Shown here one piece after another: positions 24,734-35,837 of a stretch of DNA of 64,000 nt. This DNA is from Vezdaea acicularis (lineage: Eukaryota), in assembly GCA_026025075.1 (NCBI GenBank), contig JAPEUI010000020.1, forward strand, positions 1 through 64,000, in the 5' to 3' direction. Both the position numbers and the translations under genes were made by a program. Below the pieces are notes generated by a model. The model was not told where the DNA came from, made no database searches, and saw only the letters and a program-made list of their open reading frames with translations. Each line of letters starts with the position of its first letter. The stretch's first letter is position 1.

Positions 24734-25658
24734 CTATGGCCCTAACCTCTGTGTAGACCCCATTAACCCTATCGGGATACCGTCCTCCCCGCTGGGCGCC
24801 AAGATCGCTGTCGACGTCGTAGGGAGGACACCGTACCTCCCATATGTTTTCTGGTCTATAGAAACGTAATGCGGTAACCTCCCCAATAAGTTTAGCTTCC
24901 CCTCTATCCATCGTAGAATCTTCTCTGGGGGCGCTAGGATCTTCAGGTATCCGAGCCCATCTTTAGATGCGTTAGATTAACATTCTGTTGCTCAAAGGGG
25001 ACAGAGGAGCCTTACACAAATACCCAACGGCGACTGCGCAGAGGTGTCCCAGCAGAGAAGTCCCCGGTATCAGGACTGAAGTAAACACTATGAATATCAA
25101 GGGAATGCTCCAAGTAGGAACACCAAAGGTCGCCAATCTATTTCACGCATCAGTATCGTTCCATGCCGCCCACGGGGAGATGACTCACATGAAATATGGA
25201 TTCGACCGATACGTCTTCATAGCCTCAATTCCCAATAACACAAACACCCATATACTTGCGCCCATCACAGGTGTATTAGCCCTCCATATAGCCTTCTCCC
25301 AGAGCAGATACAACCCCGCCGGCAGAGTTGACAACGGCCCCGCAAAAAGTGCCAAGCTTAGTAGAGTCCCATGCTCAGCTTCGAACCTCTCCAACAGTGG
25401 CGCAAGAGCCAGTGTATTCAGCAGCATGTGGAAAAATCCAATATGCACCAAGGGATAGGTGTTGATGCGGTACATGCCTCCGGTCAAGCCAATCTCGTCC
25501 GGCACCAGACTCAACGTCTGCCGCTCATCCCAGAGGAGCTGCAGTGACAGGACCCAGAGGAAGATTATGATGAGTACGGCGCATCGCGTGAACAGGGGAA
25601 GCCGGAAGACATATGTGCGTAGCCGTGCAGGGTTGAAAGAGGGGAGTGTAGGCGGCAT
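24734..25658 (-). CDS. RBD2: Rhomboid family intramembrane serine protease, Rbd2-like
   Basis: RLPLFTR, YRINTYPLVH, catalytic GASIW, TSLLGHLC (catalytic His), C-terminal LPHYVSIDQKTYGRYGVLP. Two introns. Confidence 0.9.
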
Positions 25659-26242
25659 TGGGAGGGCTGTTGGCGGTAGGCCCAAGGGAAAGTAGCGATG
25701 GGGGAGACGCACTCGAGGCAATTGGCCGGCTGCAATCGCGCTCAGGGCTCAAGGTTGTTAAAGAGAGGACAGAAATGGTAACGGATCGCTAGCAATCAGT
25801 TGAGAAATGCATCAGTTGATTTGTAGATTCCCCTGAATGGCGGCGAGGCAGGGAGGAGCAGTCGCGGAACATGTAGTAGATGGTTGCGCCTTGGCGACGC
25901 TTGATGACACGCGATCTTCAGCAGGCGGAGGACGAACTTTTCGGACAGGGGTATTTCGGCGAAGGAGTTACCGCGACATGATTGGTCGGTCAGGAAGGGG
26001 TAGTTTTGCTAGAAGACGGCAGCTTGAGGCGAATCGTCAAATCGTTTTCCATAAATGGGTAGCTGTAGCTAGGACATGCTAACTCTATAGGACACCCGTG
26101 ATGGGCTATTATTCTACCCCATTTTCCCACATAACTACATATAAAGTCACTCCTACATCATTTTCGATAACTCTGAACAATAGCGCCGACCGTCCAGCTT
26201 CGCTCCCAGCTTTAGAAATCAACAAAGAGAAAAATTGCCATG

Positions 26243-28756
26243 TTACTGTACGCCTAACGCTGGAATCTCGCCCTGCTCTTCCATCGGGTTCACACCATGT
26301 TTGTAGGAGACTTTCCATCGCATCTTGACGGTGTTGCCCTTTCCGCGCTCGACGCCGTTCAAGTGTATCACTTGAGTGATGCCATTCCGCGTGTTCGGTT
26401 GTAGCGTGCGACCAGACTGTGGTTCCATCCTGAGGGAGAATCCCTTACCAAACACGTTAGCTTGACTAATACATTATCTCGATCTGAATCTCTTACCTTA
26501 GTGACTGCTACCTGAAAAGTCAGTTCTGTAATTGCGTGTTCTGTATTGTTCGAGAACCGTGCCATCATCATTATCAAGGATCCGGGGAGGGGAGGGCGAG
26601 TGACAACCAAGTTAATGTTGAGGCTCTTGTTCAGTACAGTCAAGTCATTCGATGCAGGAAGCGGGTTCGACACAGGCAGCGCAGAAGCAAATGTCCATTC
26701 CTCGCTGTCATTAGCGTTGTTGCCACTATTTTGACCAAGCGTAGCTATCGAGGCGGCGGGGTTCGACAGCGGTGGCAATTCAGAGGCGGGCCTCTGCTGC
26801 GATGGTATTTCAAAAGCCGCTGGAGTTGATACTGGAGGCGGAGTAGCTTGTATTTGGGGGGGCTGCGTGCGATATGGCGACGCTTGACGTGCTGTCGAGG
26901 ACGCAAATGCGGAGAACGGATCGTTGGCTGCTTGCTGCTGCTGCGGTTGCTGTTGCTGTTGCCATTGCTGTATCTGTTGCTGCGAAGAAGTCGATCTAGA
27001 TGTTTGCTGCTGAAATGGCAAGGGGTTTGGTGTCGTGGTCTGAGATTGTGGATGAGAATTGGTCAAAGATGCAAAAGGCGAATAATTTGGTTTAGGTAGC
27101 TGCGTTTGTTGTGGGGGGGTGGGGACATTTGAGGGAGATCTGATGCCCTCTAGAGGCTGTTGTACCGCTACAGAAGGCGGAGAAGCCCAGTTGGAAGCGT
27201 CTAACATGTTCAATCAATATATGCCTCTAAAAGCACATTGTCTTGACTTACTAGCGCCGGCGAACCCCAGAGAAATCCCTCCACTTTGGCCGTAGTTACT
27301 ATCATTCATAGATAGTCCCAGAAGGTCGTCCTCTATTGATGATGGCTTCTGCGGTACAGCTGTAGCAGGGGTCCCACCTCCATTCGCAGTCTGCTCGCTT
27401 TCGGCATCAAAATCTATCAACGAGAGCTCGTTTGCGGCATTCTTGCTGACACCAGTGCTTGTACCCAGTGTTCCCTTAGGTATCTTCGCCGCGCCTTCGA
27501 GATCGCCCTTCTTCACTAGCTTATATCTCTCTACAGTACGATGTATGCTGTCATTAATCTCAAGTAGCTTTGCCACCGCTTCAGCATCATCGGACTCCTC
27601 TTCGCACATCTTTTGTATCTTTGGTTGGGCGCTCTGAAGAGCGTTTGCAAGCTCCTGAAGACAATCAGTGTACATATTCGCTAGGTAGAGGGTTTAGGGG
27701 AGCTACCTGGAATACGTCTCCCTCGGCCATCATGTCCCCTTGCTTATATCCTTGCAACATCTCCTCCAGTATCTTGGCCTTTTGTTGAACTTTGCTCACT
27801 TCCTCTGCGGCTTTTGCTCGATAATCAGTCTTGTTTCGTGTGTCATATCCTGCTAAAACCTTCATGAGCTTATTTGCTTCTTGTAAGTCTTCCGGGCCGC
27901 CTCTCCGGACCAGCTCTTGTAGTTTAGCCTTCTGCGCAGCACGCTCCTCCTCTTCCATTTCCTCTGCGGATTTAAGATTCTATTCAATTCATTAGTGCGA
28001 TATCTAGTGAACATACATGGAGACAACGGCATACGTCATTTGGGTTGAGCACGGAAGCATCATCTCTTCTGACTTCCGGGAACATGTAGCCTTTGTAGAT
28101 CAACAAGCTATGCATATCCCTAATGAAACCTAAATCACCCTTGTATCTTGAGGTTTGACATATTGTCTGTCGCCATTCTTCAATGGCTTCCAATATTTTC
28201 AGTTGCACCCTTGTTGGTCGTATTGGTGGACGTTCTGGAAAGCGACGGACAAGTTCATTTAGGAACTCTTTTGTACTGATTTGAAGATGGAATGGGTAGC
28301 CACAGTTCTTGACACATATGTCAAGAAGCTAAAAAGACATAAGCATGTACAAGTTGCTATAACATATAGAGGGCTCTGACAGTCAATGCTAACAGCGAGA
28401 TATGCTGATTGCGTGCATTGATATAATTCACAATGGCAACGGCCGCCTCTCGGGGTCTAAATCGGTCAGATTCTAGACCTTGTATATGGTTCCGTCCATG
28501 AATGGGGAATCTTACGCATTGCCCTTTTTAGTGTTGATCAACTCGGCGATATCAAGGTCCAAAGCTAGATCTGGTTCGATATTACCGGGGTCGCACGCTC
28601 GTTCTTAGTTGAGTGTCAACATTATTACATATTCTTCTCTAAGTGTGACTTGTCGGCATTTGACTCACGTATGTAGCGCTGCAACGGAGAAGGCGCAGGG
28701 TCGCCGAGCCCGCTAAAACGGTCTCGAGCGGCCATGCGCGCTGATGCGGCCTCCAC
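26243..28756 (-). CDS. GGA2: GGA clathrin adaptor (VHS-GAT-GAE)
   Basis: VHS (CVKNCGYPFHLQISTKEFLNELVRRFPERPP), GAT (LQELVRRGGPEDLQEANKLMK), clathrin box SLIDF, GAE (FQVAVTK, MRWKVSY). About 8 exons. Start either GTG 28756 or ATG 28735. Confidence 0.93.
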
Positions 28757-29113
28757 TTTGGCGGTATTGAGGGGAGTACCTGGTAATATAGCTTTGTTCG
28801 ATTGTGCGTAATGTCCAGTAAAGCTTCCGTAACCTTCTAAGTGTACTGGTAGTTCAGTGCGTGGCGATATGTAAACTTCGTTCGAAGGATGCCTTGAGTG
28901 AATGTGGTACGAAGCGCTCGACGTGCGTCTGTTCGAAAAGGTGGGATGTCCCAGAACCGAGACTAAGAAACTACACCTTTCAACCAACCTCCCACACCAT
29001 GGCTATGCATGATATATGAAAAATTACACATCTGTCCTCAGGCGGACTCTATCTGCTCTCTCAATACATCTCGTAGGGCACAAAGGTTGACATCGGACAT
29101 AGACTACAGCAAA

Positions 29114-30299
29114 ATGGTGCGCCATAAGAAAGACAATTTCTCATCGCGGGGCAAAAAGTACACGCAAGGCCCCCGCAGTCAAGGTCAGATACGAAACGGC
29201 GCATCGCAACCAGAGCCAAAAGTCCCCTTTCGAGCTGCCTGCTGGGATTTTGGGCATTGTGATCCTAAAAGATGTTCTGGCAAGAGATTGGTCAAGCTGG
29301 GGTTCATGCGTGAACTCCATGTTGGGCAAAAGTTTCCCGGAGTCGTCATATCGTAAGTCGGGAAAGACTCGGACCGAATCATGCAAGCTAACACCATCAA
29401 GTCCAAATGCAAAGGAAACACTTTCACCGGCGGATAAAAACTTATTCGAGCAGTACGGTGCAGCTGTCGTCGAGTGCTCCTGGGCTAGAGTCAAAGAAAT
29501 TCCATTTTCGAGGATTGGAGGGAAATGCGAAAGACTTTTGCCCTACCTTGTAGCGGCAAATTCGGTCAACTATGGACGGCCGTGGCGTCTGAACTGCGTT
29601 GAAGCTCTTGCAGCTTGCTTTTCTATATGTGGCCACCACGATTGGGCTGAGGAAGTGCTAGCGCCTTTCTCATATGGGGAGGCCTTCCTGGAAATCAACT
29701 CGAATCTTCTGAAGCGGTACGCTGCTTGTCAAGACCAAGAAGAGATAAAAAAGGCGGAGGAACTATGGTTGGAGAAGCTTGAGCGAGAGTACGCGGAGAA
29801 AAGGGGCGAAGATGAGGCCAAAGGAAAGGATGCTTGGAGGGGTGGCAATATGAACCGGCGAGCATTAGAAGATTCGGCAGCAGAAGAGGAGGACGGGGAG
29901 CATGGCAGCTCGGGAGAGGATAAGCGGAATGATACAGAAGAGGATGGAGCTGATGACGGCGAGGACAAGGAAGAAGCTGATCCGTTTGATTTAGGGGATG
30001 ATGAGGAAGACGAGGAGCACGCAGCGGAGATGGCTGATATTCGCCGGCGAGTTTTGCAGGCTAGGCCCTTCACAAATCCCTCCCTGGACGATGATAAAGT
30101 GAAGCCACAAGCTATTGTACGACCCGCTGCTGCCGCTCACTCCTCAGACATCGAAGACGGTTCTGACAACGGGGAGGATGACGAGTTCGACAACATAATC
30201 AAAGCAACACCAATGACGGATCGAATGGGTATTCAAGCTAGGGAGCGTCTAAAGGGCAAATATAATGCCAGCTCAACATTCCCGCGCAATGTGATTTAG
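29114..30299 (+). CDS. TSR3: 18S rRNA aminocarboxypropyltransferase Tsr3
   Basis: WDFGHCDPKRCSGKRL, VECSWA, RLLPYLVAANSVNYGRPWRLNCVEALAA, acidic tail. Intron ~29353..29401. Confidence 0.95.
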
Positions 30300-30484
30300 T
30301 GCGTTGAAGAAGCCATAATTACATCTTACTGCGCTTCGTTCTGACCCAGCGTATCCCGGTGATGATACAGTACAGACGCGCTTCCTTGTCTCTTCATGAA
30401 GTAAATGACCCCATGAACCTAAAATAATACCCATTTTTTATACACCACACCAACCCCTAAACTGAACAGCCCAGGTCCGCTTCT

Positions 30485-31119
30485 CTACCAGAATTTGTAC
30501 CATCTCCGCGTCTTGATCCTTTCCTCTTCTCTCCTCGCCTCCTCTTCCTTAGCCTTCCGTTCCTCTTCTCTCTTCTCCCTCTGTTTCGCCGCTCTTTTTA
30601 GCTCCACTACCTCGACTGCCCTCGCCATGCCTTGCTTCTCGACATATCGCCTATACTGGCAGTACTGGTATGCACCAAAGGACATGAAGCAGAAGGTACC
30701 CACCGCCCAATTGGAAGCCCTTGGTATCGACGCTACTCAGAGTTGCATGTGTCAGTAGTCGTCTTATGAAACTTTGAGCCCTTCACTCCCATGAACATTG
30801 AGGGGCCTCGTTCCGTACCTCCAAGGACCGCCCTGATGCCTCCTACCGCAAATCCAGAGCCCATTCCCGTCAACAAACTTTCTCTCACGCAAGGCTTCTG
30901 ATGCACCTCTTTGAACTCCTCAATCTTGATGCTCTTGGCAATCTCACCCAAGCTAGGTATGTCCGGGGTCTTGCCACCTGCGGTGTTCTCGGTGCCACCC
31001 GCAAGGAGATTCGCGTTTTCAGGCCGCTTGATATACTCTGTGATTTGGGGCTTCATGTTCGGCGGCGGGAGCTTCTGTGGATTTCCACTCGAAGGGCCCT
31101 TCCTTGTGTCATCGGCCAT
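30485..31119 (-). CDS. COX20: Cytochrome c oxidase assembly protein Cox20
   Basis: PCVRESLLTGMGSGFAVGG, ASNWAVGTF...YQYCQYRR..EKQGM, C-terminal WYKFW. One intron ~30733-30820. Confidence 0.88.
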
Positions 31120-31346
31120 GGTGGAACGATGTTGAGTTCGGTTTGTGAGAGAACTGTAGTTGCGCTCAAGGTGTCACTCGATATTTCGCGGCTGTCCAAT
31201 GCGCTGCACTGCTCGTCACCGATTGGCGTAAGCTTCGCGAGCTTGATGGAAACTCCTCAAGTAGCAGTGGTTCTCCGTAACCCACGAGCTCCAAGCAACA
31301 ATGGCACCAGCATACGAGCGAAACACGCTTCCACTGCGGTAGCAAC

Positions 31347-33598
31347 ATGGTGGGAATTTTACGTTCGCAATATGCTTCTCTCGAATTCCAAGAGTACACG
31401 CTGACAGCTCCTTAGCTCAAGCGTTCCTCTCGCTGCGCCGGGACCCCCGTCTTCTCCACAAACTCCCGCCGTACCTCTCCCTCCTCTGCATTCTCGGCGG
31501 GGTGATATGGCTCTTCCTCCTGCCACTAAATGAGTACTCCCGCCAGACTTACATCTCCGAGAACGCGCTCCTGCCTGGACAGGTGCATGCGTACTTTGGA
31601 GGGAGCGAGCACAACATCCTCCGGGCTTATAAGCATGAGGTTGATGCTCTCGCGGATAGAGGCAATGATGAGTACGTGGAGACTATCCAGCCTACTTCCG
31701 GCCGTACTTATGGAGGGCTAATAGACATGGCAGGACCGTGGACAAGATAGGGGAGATCTTCAAATCTTCTGGGCTAAAGGTCGCGCGACAGAGGTACAGC
31801 TATACGACCTCAGGCATTGTCCACGAAGGAGAGAACGTCTACTCTATCCTCCACGCACCCCGAGGCGACGCCACGGAAGCCATCGTGCTTGTCGCAGCAT
31901 GGCGCAACATGGACAACGTCCTGAACCAGAACGGCGTCGCTCTCCTCCTGACCCTGGCACGCTACTTCAAACGTACACCCTCCTACTCTTTCCCCCGCAA
32001 AGCGCCGTCCCCGCTAACGCCTCACAGGCTGGTCCCTCTGGTCCAAAGACATAATCTTCCTCGTGACGCCCGACTCGCTCGCCGGCCCCCAAGCCTGGGT
32101 CTCCGCATACCACTCTGCGACCTCCCCCGGCATCTCCCCCCTACCCCTGAAATCCGGCGCGCTCCAAGGCGCCATCGCCATCGACTACCCCTTCACGCAC
32201 CGCTTCGAATCGCTGCACATCTCCTACGACGGCGTGAACGGGCAGCTCCCAAACCTCGACCTCTTCAACACCGCCGTCAGCATCGCCAGCGGCCAGCTCG
32301 GCATCCGCGCCAGCCTGCAGCGCATGTGGGAGCACGACGATAGCTACAATGCCCGCCTGACCACCATGCTGCGCGGCATGCTGCGGCAGGGCCTCGGCGT
32401 CGCCAGCGGGCCCCATAGCGTCTTCATGCCCTATCATGTGGATGCGGTCACGCTGACGACGGTGGGCGAGGGCTGGCAGGACGAGATGGCGATGGGTAGG
32501 GTCGTGGAGAGTATCTTCCGCAGTCTGAACAATCTGCTCGAGCATCTTCACCAGAGCTTCTTCTTCTACCTGCTCATGCAGACGAATCGCTTCGTTAGCA
32601 TTGGGACTTATCTCCCGAGCGCGATGGCGGTTGCGGGAGGGTTCACTGTCGTGGCTATTGCGGGGTGGATTGCTTCGGGCCGCGCACATGGCGGCGAGAG
32701 TGCCGTGGTGGCTCCGGAAAGTAAGCCTAAGGAAGGGCTTGCTGGTGAAGCGTCGCCAGAGGTTGAAATCATCGAACATGACGGCGCCGTTGCGGTCCTC
32801 CCCCCCTCTCCGGCCCCCGTGGAGCGCGACCTCTTCCTCCCACTCGCGTTCGTCCTCGGCGTCCACGCCTTGGGCCTCATCCCGCTCTACCTCTTTAACC
32901 ACGCTCCCGATACGGTACCGTCTCCCCCTATCCCTTCCCCAACCCAACCAAACTAAACTAACTTCACCCTATAGCTCCTAGTCCCACTCTTCCATCTCTT
33001 CACACTCGCCTCCCTCCTCCTCCCAACCCTCCTCTCCTTCCTCTTCCCCCGCCTCGCCGCCACATCCACTACCCCCTCTTCCCCCAACCCTCCGCCTTCC
33101 TCCTCCTCCCCCCTCCTCCTCCTCCACTCCCTCTCCTGCCTCCTCCTAGGAATGTTCCTCTCCACACTCAGCACCCTGAACTTCTCCCTCGCACTACTAA
33201 CCGGCCTCCTCTCCTCCCCCCTCGCCTTCGTCTACGCCCTCTCTCCCTCTCCCCTTCCCCTCCGCAAACCCACCCCTACATCACCCACCCTCCTCATCCT
33301 CCCCCTCCTAACCCTGCTCAACCCCCCCATCCTCATCCAAGCCTCCGCCGCCTGGTCCAACCTCGGGCTGCGCAGCGTGCTACAAGAAGCGGCCTTTGCG
33401 TGGGGTGTCATGGGTGTGTGGACCCAGGTCGTTGTTTGGTGCATTTGGTGGCCTGCGTGGGTGCTTGCGGGGGTGGTGGTTTGGGGCGGTGGGAGGGGGG
33501 TCGGTGGGTGGAGGGACGGGAGGGAGGTGGTTGGGTGGGAGGAGAAGGCAGAAGAGGTGAGGGAGGGGAAGGGGATGAAGGAGAAGAAAGGGCAGTGA
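31347..33598 (+). CDS. GAA1: GPI transamidase component Gaa1
   Basis: YSRQTYISENALLPGQV, APRGDATEAIVL, NGQLPNLDLFN, FRSLNNLLEHLHQSFFFYLL, RFVSIGTYLPSAM, C-terminal TM helices. About 4 introns; first exon MVGIL from 31347. Confidence 0.93.
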
Positions 33599-34093
33599 AA
33601 GAGTGGCTATGCTGGACTATAAAAGGGTGGGGACGAGGATAGGAGGGAATGAGATCGGGTACGTAGAAGAGCCCGCGAAGGAACAGGCGACGTACCAGCG
33701 ATGAAGGAGAAGGAGGAGAAGAACGAAGGAACAAGCACACTATCATGGTTCAAACTCCGCGACTATAGCAATCAAGAGGGACACGGGTTGCAAGTGAATC
33801 CAAGAGCAAGATAAACATCAGCTAGCTAGCTAATAACGCAAGTCGCTCCCCGCCTTTTTGTGGCTCTAGACAAGAGAATGAAGCCCTTTCCATTCTACAC
33901 ATCATCCCCATGATGATCTCCAGCCGGGAGGGTGGAGAGGGGCAATAGTGCTAATGATTCCTGCCCACCACATTCGCCCAAAGCCGCATGCATCATTATA
34001 TCAGACATCTCGATCCAATCAATCACAATGTCTCGTCTAGTCCTTATGAATACATCTCCCGCCCTCCACACCCTTAATTCCCCATCCGACACG

Positions 34094-35837
34094 TTACAAA
34101 AGAATCATCCCGGCCCCCGCCATCACAGCCGCGAGGACATAAGCCCCGAGACTCAGCATGCCCCACTGCACCTTAGGCACGGTGACCATACCGGCAGCGC
34201 CCGTCTTCGTGGCAGTCCCAGATGCGCCAGTCCCGCTTGCGGCGCCGGTCCCGGCTGTACCCACTGCGCTGATCTGGCTCGCGCAGCTGCCGCTCGCCTT
34301 GGCGCTCGCTTGGGTCTGGGCGTCGCCACCGAAATTGCAGGCTTGCGAGTTACTTCCCTGCGAGAGATAGTAGGCGTTGAAGGCGTAGCTGAGCTGGTCG
34401 GAGGGCGAGCACATGCCGTAGGCGCCGTATTGGCCGGTGGCGCCGTTCGCGGCGATGCCGTTGCAGGCCGCGCCGTTGTTGTAGCCGCAGACTTGCCCGA
34501 AGAGCTGGCCGGTGGTGTTGTCGGATAGACCCGGTTTGGCGACGCAGGTGAGTGTTTTGACGACGCAGCTGCACAGGTTGTCGTCGGGCGTGGGGGGGAG
34601 CGCGGTCGCGGCGTTCCATGCGGAGCCAGTGGCTGGGCAGGCTTGCGGCTTGTTGGTGGGCGTATACCCGTTGGCCGTTACGCCAGAGGGAGTGACTTGT
34701 GCGATTTGGGATGAGAGAGATGTGAAGTCCGGGAGGGGGCTGGCAGAGGTGCCGTCAATGGAGACAAGGCCTGTATACGGGCATTAGAATGGGTTTTCAA
34801 GGTAGGAGGGGCGTTAGGAATTGTTCAGTCGTCGAAAGACAGTGGAAATGGGGAGACCTTACCGTAGTCGTTTGCCTCCTGGAAGTACATGTAGACGATG
34901 CCGCCTGACCAGACCGGGCTCATATCCGGGCCAAAGAGAACCGGGACTTCGTCAAAGGCGCGGGGGCGTTTCTTGTTGCAGCCGTATTCCGCAAAGAATA
35001 CAGGGACAGAGTAGGTTTTGAATTGTTCGGTGCGGTCCTTGTAGCCGGAGGCTTCATAGCTAGAGGGTGAGCACCACGAGTAGATGTTGTAGCCCCAGAA
35101 ATCGATTGCGCTATCAGGGTCCCCACAGTTGAAAAATTCGGCGAGGTTGACGCGGATGTCGGCATCGTCGTTCGTGGCATATCCAACGCCGATGGTTCGG
35201 TAGTTCTTGCTCTTAATATAGGCCTTGGTGTCCCGAACGGCGGCCTTCACGAAGGGTGCGGCATTGGTATTGGTGACATTGTTGGAGACTTCGTTTCCGG
35301 CGAAAAATCCAAGCACGTTGTTGTACTTTGCAAAGGCATCAACAACGCTGGTGTACCTGGCGTACAGCTCTTGGTTCCATGCTGGCGTCTCGCGGTTGAT
35401 TGACAGACCGGGTTGCGATAAGTCGAGAATCACGTATATGCCAGCATCTGAGAGCATCTGCATGCATTGATCATGGTTCTGCGTAGGGTCCACCGCGTAT
35501 ACTCGGATGGTGTTTGTCGAGAGCTGCGTCAAGTAGGGGACATCGCGAGAACACCCGTTGGTGTCTGCGAGCGGATCTTTGTAGGAGTTGCTCCCACCGG
35601 TGGTGGTTCCGTTGCCGGAATAGTCTTGTTGATAGGCTACGCCCTTGATGAAGCTACGTTAAAGAGCATCTGTCAGCATTCGGTACAATATTCACACGGT
35701 CATGCGCCTTACAATTCAGTCCCGTTTGACTTGTAGAAGAATTTGGATCCCTTGATAACAATTGGATCCACGTCGGCCAAGGCTGTTGAGGCTAGAAACG
35801 CAGCCGCGCCAAACAAAGCCCTCACGAAGCCCCTCAT
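34094..35837 (-). CDS. GH72 1,3-beta-glucanosyltransferase with CBM43/X8 domain and GPI signal (Gas1/Gel family)
   Basis: Signal peptide [35 protein letters not shown], catalytic GNEV and FFAEYGC, Cys-rich X8 domain ([15 protein letters not shown]...CNFGG), hydrophobic C-terminus. Two introns. Confidence 0.95.

Noticed and set aside
32141..32947. Long antisense ORFs over GAA1 (likewise over APC1, FKS1 and LCB1)
   Set aside because: Shadow ORFs produced by high GC3 codon bias of the sense gene.
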